Shown here: positions 1 to 11,257 of the stretch, in pieces
Layout: each line of letters opens with the position of its first letter
How positions within the stretch are numbered: position 1 is the stretch's first letter
Assembly: GCA_965285935.1 (NCBI GenBank)
Contig: OZ260663.1
Span: 73,718,001 to 73,782,000 of the forward strand
From: Ophelia neglecta
Lineage: Eukaryota
Direction of reading: 5' to 3'
Length of the DNA: 64,000 bases
The notes under the pieces: generated by a model
The model's input: only the letters and a program-made list of their open reading frames with translations
What the model was told of the DNA's origin: nothing
Databases searched by the model: none
Made by a program: the position numbers and the translations under genes

Positions 1-1399
1 AACCTGCACCGGCCGCCCCTGTTCAAGAGCAAGAAATTTTGGGTGTCATATACGTTTTTTATTTTCTTCAATTTTAGTGCACTGCATCAATCTTTATTTC
101 TGCAGATGGCTTAGCTGTTTGAGGCTGGAGACTGTGGGTATTCAGCAGAGAGGAAGCAGAGCGTCATGAAACATGCCTACCATCATTTGCCCACTGATAG
201 ATGGCCTTATAAGTGTCCACTCCAGGACTGTCGCTGGTTTGGTAGGTTTCCCATGGAATACGAGACTTGCAAGAAGTCAAAGGGACACAGAAAACACTCT
301 TGAGGACTCCAATGTTCTTCCAAACCCTAGATACAAGCCAATGAAGGAAGCTGACTTGGTGACCAGTACAATCGAAAGTAGGCCACCAACCACTATCACC
401 ACCCGAACTGGTGTTATCAACAGGAAAAAGTTTGCTACAGACTCAATCCACAGAACGGCCAGAATACCAAAACTGGCTTTAAAACTACCAATATCTATTG
501 ACACATCAGCTGAAAGGAAAGAGAACGATTATTCAGATGACCACACTCAACCCTGAAATCTCTAACAATCTGGCTTCAGCCTGGGGTCTGCCTGCAAAGA
601 GGACAGACGATGAGGTGAAATTGGATAACATGCTGAAGGATTTGCCTGGTTTTGCAGCGTTGGGCAATTTTACACATCCACCAGTAAATTCAATTTCTGA
701 AGATCAAAGTTGGTGCCAAGAATTTCATACTATGAGAAAGGACTTATCACATAGGGGTTGCCACCAAACATCTCAGTCGGAGAGGGCGGCCCCACCCCTT
801 CCTGGAGACTACCACGTGTTCACATGCCGGAGCGAGGTCATGATCCAAGTCCAGCCCCGTTCACGACACCCCGAGGGCTCTGACATTGCTGCCACAATGA
901 GGCCAAGGGCCCTGGGGTGGCCACACCACCACTGGCCCTGGACAGCCCTGCCATGACTGCCCTTATCCAGGTCACCGCCAGGTCAGCCACAAGGGAGGCC
1001 ATGGACAGAGCCAATCAATGACCAGGCCATGGAGACCCAACAGGCACTGTCCCAGATGGCTGACACTATGAACAAACTGGTCAAGGTAAATTCGGGAATC
1101 CCGACGGAAGTGAAGAAAGTTACGACCCTCCGTGCAGCAGCAAACGCCGACCAGCACCAGCTACAGGACCGAGGGTGATACCTGCCACTCGGGCACCTCT
1201 GACTGTCATCAGGGAAGCATCCAAGGAAGCACCGGAACCCACGACACCACCGCAGGCGTCCTAAAACCTGAAGGCCACGTTGTTGCTAGGGCCTGCAGAG
1301 ACCCACAAGAGGGTGGCTTTAGGGAAGCCACCTGTCCGTTTGCCCGCAAGGTTATGCCTGCACTAGCTTACCTGTTACTCACCCTTATGTATATAGGGG

Positions 1400-1735
1400 A
1401 ATGTGGGGCAAAACGTGCAGGGTACTGCAGAGACACACAGGCCATTCAGGTACTGTTCGCCACCCTGGTAAACTGTGCCTAGGAAGATATGAGCCTTCCC
1501 TGGCCAAAGAACTCGAGAAAACAATAGAGGATCACATCATTGGATTCAATAACATGTATTATGGTTTAATGGGGAAAGAAGTCAGAACTGGCTTATGAAT
1601 TGGCCAAGTCCAGAGGACTGGACATGTTCAATTTTGAGAACGGAAAAGCTGGCCCTGATTGGATGCATGGCTTTCTTGTATGTCACCCGAATCTGTCGCT
1701 GAGGATCCCTGATTCTACAAGTCTCAAAGGGTAGA
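1400..1735 (+). mobile_element. Degenerate pogo/Tigger-like transposase fragment (CENP-B-type HTH)
   Basis: Translates with frameshifts to ...ELEKTIEDHI...YYGL...LAYELAK...AGPDWMHGFLVCHPNLSLRIPDSTS, matching the AG.DW..GF..RHP.LS.R.P pattern of pogo HTH domains. Confidence 0.7.
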
Positions 1736-1843
1736 AGCATTTTCCGAAGACACATTGCACCACTTTTTCCAGCTTTTGTAGGAACAGTTTGGGTTTGTGT
1801 CCATGGAATCAGGTATATCCACATGCACGACATCTGGAAACAA

Positions 1844-2020
1844 CTGTTTACTCACTGTGTTGAAATACACATCAGCAATCATACTGACCAAGAGGACCCG
1901 CCGATATTTCATTTTCGATTCTCATGCCAAAAATGAGTAGGGCCTTCCTGCAGAAATTGGTAAATGTGTCTTGATACATTTAGAAAATCTCGACACACTC
2001 TGCAGTTACATAAGGTATCT
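1844..2020 (+). pseudogene. Fragment of a herpesvirus-tegument-like (peptidase C76-like) cysteine protease domain
   Basis: Single frame CLLTVLKYTSAIILTKRTRRYFIFDSHAKNE*GLPAEIGKCVLIHLENLDTLCSYIRYL; the YT.AI...Y.IFDSH...G...G..VL pattern was recognised by eye only. Confidence 0.55.
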
Positions 2021-2218
2021 AGACAAGTACCTGAGGCCAGATGGGCATTGAGGAGGTGGAATTCGAAGTGCAGGAGGTACTAATTAGACCCGCGTTTACT
2101 TCAGTGGAAAACGAGGCTCATGTGCAGGTTCACCATCTGATGTACAAGTTCCATGTAACCAGCCCCCCGATACTTCATTGGATGGTGGTAGGTCAGGAAA
2201 TGTTGAACCTCAAGAAAA

Positions 2219-3701
2219 CAGGGTTCCCGCACATCATTAAAAAGCCTTTAAAAGTTTTAAATTGATTTTTGAAAATTTAAGGCCTTAAATTGGTATTAAA
2301 TATCACAAAAATATCATAAGTGGTATAAAAAAGTCTTAAATTTGATTGCTCAGTCTAAAACTACCATACTGTGAACGGTAGTGTTTCACAATGTTTAACG
2401 GACCTTTTTTGCAATGTCGGCCGCTGTGTAAGGTTGACCATTAATTATTCTGACCTTGAACTTTCACTCAGTGTTAACTATCTTTTGGAACTCTTCAATA
2501 TTTTCTGCCCTTCCAATGACTACCGAATGCGTCATCAATTGCAAAGGAGGTTTACACGTGTGATGGTTAGAAATCGCGACCATTGTTGTTGAGCACTAAC
2601 AAGCGTTATCAGCTATGTATGTAAACACAATCATCCAATGGGATTTGGATTTTTGGGGCTTAAAGACACATAGACACCATGTGGGTCATTTAGTGTCTTA
2701 AGTTGGGTATAGTTAATCGTTTATTTTACTGTCTATTTTTATTTACATGTGGATAATAGTAAGAAGTAAGCATTTATTGTGCTTTATTTTATAAAAACTC
2801 TTCTAGGTGGATGGGTCAGATGTTTTTCTGACTAAAATGTGTTAGTAAAGGAAGGTAAAAGGTTACCGGTAGATGTTCAATAAATAGTTAAAAGAAAGTT
2901 CCATAAATTTTCGCACAATAAATTTGGTTTCCACTTTTATTAAGATCCACTACATTTTGTAGTAGAGATCTATGGACCTCAAGAAACCAAGGATCTGCTG
3001 GGGGCAGACCTTGTCGAATAATGTTTTGAGGCTGTTAACGTTATAAAAACGGTATCTAGCCTCGGCCAAATCGCTACATTCCAACAGAATGTGTTGGATG
3101 GTAATCTGGCATTGGCAGCCCTCACAAAAAGGTGGGTCCTCTCTTCTCAGAAGGTGAGTGTGTGTAAAATGTGAGTGGCCGATGCGCATCCAATGGGGAA
3201 TTGTGTGTTTAACGCCAAGTGGCTCAAGAGAGAAAAGTATGCCAGGTGGGTTAAACATGAGGACAAAAGCATTTATAATGCTGCTTGCACAGTTTGTGTC
3301 AAGACATTTATGCTAGGTACAATGGGAATCAAGCACTCAGGAAATAGAAAACATTTGTATAGTTGTTTGTCATTATGATCATTAATTTGGTGCTTCCCCA
3401 ATGCAGTAAACTGATGTGCAGTTGATATTTAGGATTAGTGTATGGCAGATGTATGATTGGTGCTACAATGAACTTATGATTATGAAGATATTAGTTTTTA
3501 ACATTTGTCATAATGATACATGTTAACAATATTCTGCTTGCTATCATGATTGAAAATACAAGCTTGTATTCCAGAAGCTATGGAATTTTGTTATTCATGT
3601 CCAAATTTTCATATATTTTGCTTTTGCTAGGTATTAAATGAGATTACATTATGTCTGAAAAAGGTCTTAAATTTTGTGAACCTAGAGCTGCAGGAACCCT
3701 G
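2219..3701 (+). mobile_element. Internally deleted hAT-like DNA transposon (TIR CAGGGTTCC / GGAACCCTG) retaining the transposase N-terminal zinc finger
   Basis: Inverted termini at 2219 and 3701; subterminal GG(T/C)(A/C)TTAAA repeats at both ends; MGNCVFNAKWL...W...AACTVCVKTFMLGTMG...H...KH from 3193; flanks GAAAA/GAAGA may be a degenerate 5-bp TSD. Confidence 0.75.
2641..3186 (-). mobile_element. 5'-truncated I-group (I/Nimb/Loa-like) LINE 3' end nested in the hAT-like element
   Basis: ORF 2950-3186 RIGHSHFTHTHLLRREDPPFCEGCQCQITIQHILLEC is the C-terminal CCHC region of I-group LINEs; the 3' UTR ends in ...CCCCAAAAATCCAAATCC; TSD CATCCAATG(GG) at 2632 and 3187. Confidence 0.85.
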
Positions 3702-3899
3702 GAAGAGGAAAAAAGTGACCAGTACACAGTCGGTCAGCAAGTAGAAAAGGTCACTCCAAAACAGGGGAGAACCAGTCTCCCTCAGTTCCTGTTGTGGATT
3801 TACCATCTCCACGCAACAAGAAAAAGCGCCGCATGGCAGTCAGCAAAAAAGTTAGACTCAATTCAAAAGTGTACAGGTGTTTTGTATGTGACAAATTAC

Positions 3900-4420
3900 A
3901 CGATACTTTTGGCAGTTGGCACAGAAGGTTTAAAGCAATTCAATTCATGGAATTTAAGCTAGGATGACCGAAAGAATCCAGTGACCCTATGGGCCAAGTT
4001 TAAAGAACAATTAGATCCAACAAGCAATTACAGAGTGCCAAGACTGCGACTCAGCCGCTTCAAACAAACACAAGAAGAATCATTGGATACATTCATAAAC
4101 AGATGTTAACTGCTATCACTTTAATGTGAATTAACCGAGGAAGAATGCAATGAAACATTGATCGAGGAAATCATATCAGAGCACACCAATACCTGACTTT
4201 CAAAAAGAACTTTTTAAAAAGGGTCAAGGGTTTACAGTACACAAAGCATTAAAGTTAGGCAGAACATATGAAGCCTCTGCAGTACACATGCAAACCATCA
4301 AAGACATACATAAGAGAACTAATTAGCTCAGATGACAGTGATAGCCAAGGATAGCAAGCGCCCTTGTCTAAACTGTGGTAGACATTATCCACGCTGGCCT
4401 AAGGACAAATGCCCTGCATT
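3900..4420 (+). mobile_element. Degenerate Ty3/Gypsy gag fragment
   Basis: LLAVGTEGLKQFNSW...LWAKFKEQLDPTSNYRVPRLRLSRFKQTQEESLDTFINRC...FQKELF...ALKLGRTYEAS...CLNCGRH...CPA, with stops and frameshifts. Confidence 0.75.
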
Positions 4421-4589
4421 ACTGTCCAAAAGAGTTTCTTCTAACTCAGGCCTATTTGTTTCAAAACTAGTGATGTTCCATTGTAATATTAATTTAATTG
4501 CCATTTTCTTTTGGGGGAGGCCCCAGTACAAGGTTATTTTGTTTCAGAAACCTGGCTTGTACATTAATCCGACCAGCCACTGTCCTGAT

Positions 4590-5078
4590 TCCTAGAGGAG
4601 GATGTGTTCACCATTTGGTGCGATGGAACCAACCTAGTCCGTACTCATGAATTCCTCAACGCAGTTCTTCTATTCTATGCAACTTGCATGTTTAATATAT
4701 CATACAATGCAGAAGTAAGACGCACTTATGTATTTATCCAAAATTTCTTTCTGGGGGATTCCCATGTGACAAAATATATGAGACGTGTCTATGCATCCAT
4801 GTTACGTGACAGTTATAAGTAATCCTACTTATTTACACCTATTATGTCACCTACAAGACAGCAGTTATGCAAAATAAATAAGATTAAACAGATAATTGTT
4901 TTGTTATTCCGTCGTGTAATTTTGCTTAGTCATTTTATTTTACTTAGATTAGTAATTAGTAATTTAGTAACTCATGACTAACCTGGCTAACATTGGTTCA
5001 GACATTTTCACTAAGCCACAAAAAACTAACGGAAATTAGTCATCTTGACTAAGAAAATTGGTCATAAAATCATCAGTG
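4590..5078 (+). mobile_element. Right arm of a CMC/EnSpm-like DNA transposon (accessory ORF C-terminus plus CAGTG terminus)
   Basis: Peptide FLNAVLLFYATCMFNISYNAEVRRTYVFIQNFFLG resembles the FN..Y......FIQ motif of EnSpm-associated ORFs; subterminal TTAGT/ACTAA repeats; ends ...CATCAGTG (reverse complement CACTG). Confidence 0.5.
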
Positions 5079-6149
5079 CACCCTGCCAGTGGGGCAATCA
5101 CCCTTGAGGAGGCCATCATTTCTGTTGCTAACTCGGTGCCAGTCACCACTGCAGATGCGACAACTGCTATCATAAAGCAAGGAATGCTGATATACTTATT
5201 CCATTCACACCCTCACAGTAAGAAAGGTCTCCCAGTTGAAGGAGGAAAGTGTTCTCTACTCACATTTGGCTCACTTCAAAACATAGTGAAATATCTCCGT
5301 CAAGTTGCAGTGTCTTTGATGGAAGAGTACTCATATAGCCACCAGGGGGCAAGCCAGCATACCCTTAAGAGGTCCCTGATGTCGATGTTAGAGACCCCTT
5401 ACCCTCAAACAACAGGAAACGTGTTTAGCCACATTACTGAGCATTTTACTCGATTCTACATATGCCGCACTATATTTATTCAATTTATTAAGTATCTCTC
5501 TTAAACCCTATATGTGTCATTGTTTGATATTCGTTTATCATGAACATGTAAAAAGTGAAATGAAGGAATGCATAAATTCAACAAACCTGCCTATTATTTA
5601 AACAAATCTGCGCAGTAGCCCCATTCACAGGGCGTGAATCAGTCGCTTTGTAAACAACATGGCGGTTGCCGGTGGGAGACCAGAGTGTGATGTCCCCATT
5701 GTATTCATGAATGGTATGGTTCTGTACCATCTCCCATTGAGTCTATGGATAGTTCAGTCCTATTTCAGTTGAATGTAATATGTCAATGCCATTAACATTA
5801 AGAACTTGAAATTGGCTAAGTATTTTAAATGGACCCAAAAAGAACCATATTGGGGGGTCCTTCTGTCCCAGTTCACAGAAAATAGAAAAGCATTATCACA
5901 GGTCACGTAAAATAAGAGGTGTTAATAAAGGGTCACGGGAAATAAAATATGGTCTGTCAGGTGTCATGAGTAACTATCTCATCATAGATCAGGGTAAATA
6001 AAGTTTGTGGATCACACATCACAAGACATTGCCCTTCAGAAACCACTCAAAATGAAATGAACCTAAGCATCATGAGAGGGTTGGATTCGAAAATTGACCA
6101 TTCGTCCACCAAAGGAGGTAGGCACAAAAGTCGAGCTCAAGAGCAAGAG

Positions 6150-6400
6150 GCCAAGAAATATCATTGTGCCACTCAAGGCTGCTCGTATAGATGCCGTTAT
6201 GAGAATGCATTGGAGCGCCATGTGGAAACCCTCATGAGGAAAGAAGATACAAGTGTTGCCAGTGCGCCAAAGTATTCAAAACTCAACAAGGGCTGAACAA
6301 CCATATGCTTGGACATGTATATGTCAGTATTGTGCCAAAGGTTTTACTTATATGCCAGAGTTGGAAGCTCACGTAGCCAAGCATAAAGGTACAAACTACA
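6150..6400 (+). pseudogene. Degenerate C2H2 zinc-finger array fragment
   Basis: YHCATQGCSYRCRYENALERH, YKCCQCAKVFKTQQGLN, CQYCAKGFTYMPELEAHVAKH spread over shifted frames. Confidence 0.6.
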
Positions 6401-7499
6401 AAAGTGTATTAGTGCCATCATACTATATTGCAGAAACCAAGTACCTATAGTGTTATCATCCAAGGAGGACGAATCAAGAACAAGGAGACAATTTGAGTGA
6501 ACCTTGTTTGAATAATTCTTCATTCATTGTGGGATTTGATGCCATGACATCAATTAAAAAAGAGCCAAATGTTCATTTGAGTACAGGGATCCATGGACAT
6601 ACTGCTGCCATGAATGATGAGGCATGTGTTCTGTTTATAGGAGGCAGCACCCCTTCTATTTTTGCATACACGGGCAAACCTTTTACACCATGCAGCTGTG
6701 ACACTTTATGTAACATTGTAGAGTCACCAGAGGTTTCTCCCCATCAGTTGCCTTCAATGCCAGGGCAACTGCTCTAGGTGGATACACCAATTCTGTGCCA
6801 AAGTTGATAAAATACCAAGAGGAAAGTGGGTATGCAGTGACTGCAAGGTACTTCCTGCTCGGAAAATCAGGTCCAAGCAAAAGAGATAACAAAGAAACTA
6901 TCTGGTTTTCCCTTCAACTTTGCCCTGTCAACTTGCTGAACATTGTTGCCAAAAATAATCAGCCTGTGATATGTTAAAGTTTATTTATTTAAAAGTGTAA
7001 AGTATTCAATGTTCATGCAATTAACACAGCTGCCAAACTATATAAATTATACTCAATAAACTTAATAACTGAAAACTCATTTGTTGGACACATTTCTACA
7101 TTTAAATTTATTTGCTGTGCTCTAATTTGGAAAAAAAATCTAATAAAGTTTTCTCAAATTAAATATGTGTGCAACAACTAAAAGAAAAAGTTAGCATAAA
7201 AGTCACATTGATCACATAGATTATTTTAATTATACACAAAATTGACCTCCCATTAATATAATCATAATAATAATAGCATGTCAATAATAACGATGTAACT
7301 CTTCTATCATTTCTTATTGCCATGACCTTCCAAGAGGTGATGAGGATACTGGAAGTTCTTTGAAGTCAAGTGACAACATCAAGAACCCTTTGCCTTCATT
7401 TGAAGCTCCACATGCTCAAGAAAATTTTTCCAGTGGCAAAGGTGCCGAAACTTCCAGCAAGACAATATCAATATCCGTGTCAATACCAGGTTATGTTAT

Positions 7500-8320
7500 C
7501 AGTGAAGCCACCGCATAAGCAGAGATTCTTTGGGCACAGAAAACAGTGATATCTCCCCCAACAACCAGTACCACTGTTGATGCACAAATTGGACTGGAAA
7601 ATGCAGTGATTTAAGCAGAAATTGTATGGGCTTTTAAGTTGGTATCTTCAAATTTCTCTTACAACTCATGCTCTGAGATACTAACCACCTTCAAAAGGAT
7701 GTTGGAAGAATGCCCAACAGCACAATCATTTTCCATTGCAGACAGGAAAGCCTCCTTTGTTATACAATATGGATTGGCTCCATACTTTGAAAATCTACTC
7801 ACAGAATAAGTAAGGAATGTGGGTGAATTTGTTCAATGAATCCCTGAACAAGATAACACACACCAAGCAAATGGCTGTACATCTAAGATACTGGCAACAG
7901 GAAAACAATCAAATTTAGATGCGATTTATGAAGAGTGCCTTCATGGGTCATGAAACTGCAGATGACATGATTAAACATTTTGATAAAGGAATTTCATTTT
8001 GATAAAGGAATTTCAAATATAAAGGGTCTGTTGCACAATTAATAAAAAAATGGACCCAATGTTAAATGGAAGTTTTTTCTGTTAAGCTCAGGACTGTAAT
8101 TATTTTTAAATATTAAAATGATTGAATTATGTATATATTTTTTCATTATTACATAATTTGTTTTCTTTCAATCTTTGCAAATATCACAATATTATCACAA
8201 ATAACACACTTTTTTGTATGATATTTGATCTGCAATCCTCAATATAGGAATAGTTTTTACACCTGGAAAATTTAAAATAAACCTGGAAAAACCTGGAATA
8301 TTGGTGAACCTTATGAGTAC
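7500..8320 (+). mobile_element. Degenerate hAT-like DDE transposase core plus subterminal repeats
   Basis: AEIVWAFKLVSSNFSYNSC...KASFVIQYGLAPYF, FNESLNKITHTKQMAVHLRYW, KSAFMGHETADD, GPNVKWKF; ACCTGGAAAA repeats at ~8260-8300. Confidence 0.72.
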
Positions 8321-8631
8321 TGACATAGTTATAAGCAAGGGCAGACCTAGGCACTGCACTGTCTTCACAGTAACACCCCCGTGTCATCAAGTCATTTAGA
8401 GTTCTATCAACAGTAAAAGTGGCTACTTCTTCTGACTCAGAGCATTGAAGCATAATGGAATTTGACAAATCAGAATGGCGGGTGCTGCCTCTGGCACAGA
8501 AGTCGCTAAACATGAGCAAGAATACACGCAAAAAAGCAGAAATAAACATCAAAGTTTGAGATTTTTTCCTTGGAGAGGGGCCCACTAACATAGTGCTTAG
8601 GCATGGGGAAAAACTTTGTGGAAGTACTTAA

Positions 8632-9512
8632 TTTTGGTGGAGTGCACAAGGATGAGGAGGCATCACGGAAATTAGCAGGAGGCCTTACAGTAGTAAGTTT
8701 TTTGGTGGAGTGCACAAGGATGAGGAGGCATCGTGGAAATTAGCAGGAGGCCTTACAGTAGTAAGTTTTTTGGTGGAGTGCACAAGGATGAGGAGGCATC
8801 GTGGAAATTAGCAGGAGGCCTTACAGTAGTAAGTTTTTTGGTGGAGTGCACAAGGATGAGGAGGCATCGTGGAAATTAGCAGGAGGCCTTACAGTAGTAA
8901 GTTTTTTGGTGGAGTGCACAAGGATGAGGAGGCATCGTGGAAATTAGCAGGAGGCCTTACAGTAGTAAGTTTTTTGGTGGAGTGCACAAGGATGAGGAGG
9001 CATCATGGAAATTAGCAGGAGGCCTTACAGTAGTAAGTTTTTTGGTGGAGTGCACAAGGATGAGGAGGCATCGTGGAAATTAGCAGGAGGCCTTACAGTA
9101 GTAAGTTTTTTGGTGGAGTGCACAAGGATGAGGAGGCATCATGGAAATTAGCAGGAGGCCTTAAAGTAGTAAGTTTTTTGGTGGAGTGCACAAGGATGAG
9201 GAGGCATCGTGGAAATTAGCAGGAGGCCTTACAGTAGTAAGTTTTTTGGTGGAGTGCACAAGGATGAGGAGGCATCATGGAAATTAGCAGGAGGCCTTAC
9301 AGTAGTAAGTTTTTTGGTGGAGTGCACAAGGATGAGGAGGCATCGTGGAAATTAGCAGGAGGCCTTACAGTAGTAAGTTTTTTGGTGGAGTGCACAAGGA
9401 TGAGGAGGCATCATGGAAATTAGCAGGAGGCCTTACAGTAGTAAGTTTTTTGGTGGAGTGCACAAGGATGAGGAGGCATCATGGAAATTAGCAGGAGGCC
9501 TTACTTTAGTAA
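8632..9512. repeat. Minisatellite, 13 tandem copies of a 68-bp unit
   Basis: Unit TTTTTTGGTGGAGTGCACAAGGATGAGGAGGCATC(G/A)TGGAAATTAGCAGGAGGCCTTACAGTAGTAAG; GGTGGAG recurs at 8636, 8704, 8772 ... 9452. Confidence 0.97.
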
Positions 9513-10122
9513 GGGATGGCTTTGACGAGGATGATGTCAGCAATTTAAACATTTCATCACTAGTGTTGAAAGTTATCAAACAGTATTAAAAGTGAATTAA
9601 GTTATTTGTGTTGATTAGCCTGAAAATTTATTTGCCATTGAACCTGAATTGGTATTGAATTTCTATATGGCCTTTTGTCCTGTAAATATTACCTCCATCA
9701 CATTATAAACACCATTTTTCAACATCCATAGGTGTTAAGTTGTTTTTAAAATAATCTTGGATTTATATTCAAAGTTTGTTTCTGATCTGATGTGCCATGA
9801 TGGGATGATTAAGTTAGTGATAAACCCTTTCAGGCAAGCCATTCTCAGTGGTCACTCTCTCTAGTGGTGCACTTCTCAGCCATGTGAATGGAATGCCTGC
9901 TTTGTAAAGGCCATCACAGCTACCACCATCTCAGAGGTGAACTTTTACAAAGAGGCTTCAAGAGCTCATGCTGTGCTACATGCCAGCACAACCACACCTC
10001 CACCATCGCTAGTAAAACAAATATGTAGTGGCAGCATTGCCATCTTGAACACACCAGCAGTGAAATAGGGACGGGATCATGAGGCAGATACAATACGAGA
10101 CTGCATACGAGACTGCAATGAA

Positions 10123-10915
10123 GTGCATCATGGGAATGTGAAGGTAGCCAAGTGTGGAAAAGTAGGGACGGGGGTAGGAGCCGGCAGCGTTAGATTCAAC
10201 CAGTTGCCTACAGGAATTATGGCCCAAGTTTTACAGACCGCAGAGGGTTCCAGGTTTGTGATAGTGAACCCAAACCAAGTTAATCAACAACAGCAACCGC
10301 CTTGGGCATTAGCTCTGGAACAGGAGTTCAGAAATGTGAGAGCCCTTTTCCAGAAAAACGTGAATGCTTTGCAGAACCTCGCCGACTCGGTGGACACCGA
10401 CTCAGAAATTGAGTGGAAGAAAAAGGGTAAGCGAAAACAGTATGAGGCCAACCTAAAAGTAGTGAAGGATATGCGTCGTTGCCAGCCGGCTTTCAACGAA
10501 AGAGACCCCATTGCAGCCAGTAGACACCTTGAATCAGGTATGGAAAATATGCACCATAGGCAGAAAATGATAAGGTTTGCTGATTTATCTGATGAAGGTT
10601 GGAGAACTGTCGATGCCTATGAGAGGCTGCCCATTGCCAAAAATGAGGACATGGACAAAAAGCTCAGGAAGGCTCGTAAGGAAGCTCTTCAGGAACTGGA
10701 TGCCTAGAAGGAAAATGCCAAGAACAAACGCATATTCTCTGGATATAGTTACGGGGGACCCTACGGGCGCCAGTTCAGAAATGTTGAAAACTTCAAAAAT
10801 CAAGGCTATCTGCAAAATTATGTTCCTATTCCTACCATGTACAACCACCATACCCAGGGATGGTATCAGTGTGGTGAAATGTCACACATAAAGAGGAATT
10901 GTCCCCAGCTGGTGG
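10123..10915 (+). mobile_element. Degenerate DIRS/PAT-like gag (ORF1) remnant
   Basis: KKKGKRKQYEAN...RQKMIRFADLSDEGWRTVDAYERLPIAKNEDMDKKLRKA; in-frame TAG at 10705; then a decayed CCHC knuckle (W)YQCGEMSHIKRNCP in the same frame. Confidence 0.7.
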
Positions 10916-11257
10916 GACAACGTAAGCAATGTATGTGTTCCGAAAATTCTGTTTTTTGTACGAATTGTGTAGTGTTGCCTCCATGTGCCAGTACAGACAC
11001 ATTGGGAGACATAGTCGCCGAGTTAGATTCGGAAGATGATGAGTATATAACTAATTATCCTTCAAATGGATTTTTCTGTAAGTATTCTGAGCTTGACAAT
11101 GCTACAAATGTACTGGGTGCTGTCGATGATTATCTGTTTGATGTTATACCATGTGAAAATCCTCCCTTGACTTTCTCAAACATAATATTTCCTATGTTTT
11201 AGGTTCAGTGTTATGATAAATAGCTGGAGACTAACTTGAAAATGTGACATGCCTACT

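Noticed and set aside
173-1482. Functional gene in the first ORFs
   Set aside because: Overlapping short frames without recognisable domains or an exon chain; probably decayed repeat sequence that I cannot classify.
8632-9512. CRISPR array
   Set aside because: Units are contiguous and near-identical with no unique spacers; no cas genes; eukaryotic context.
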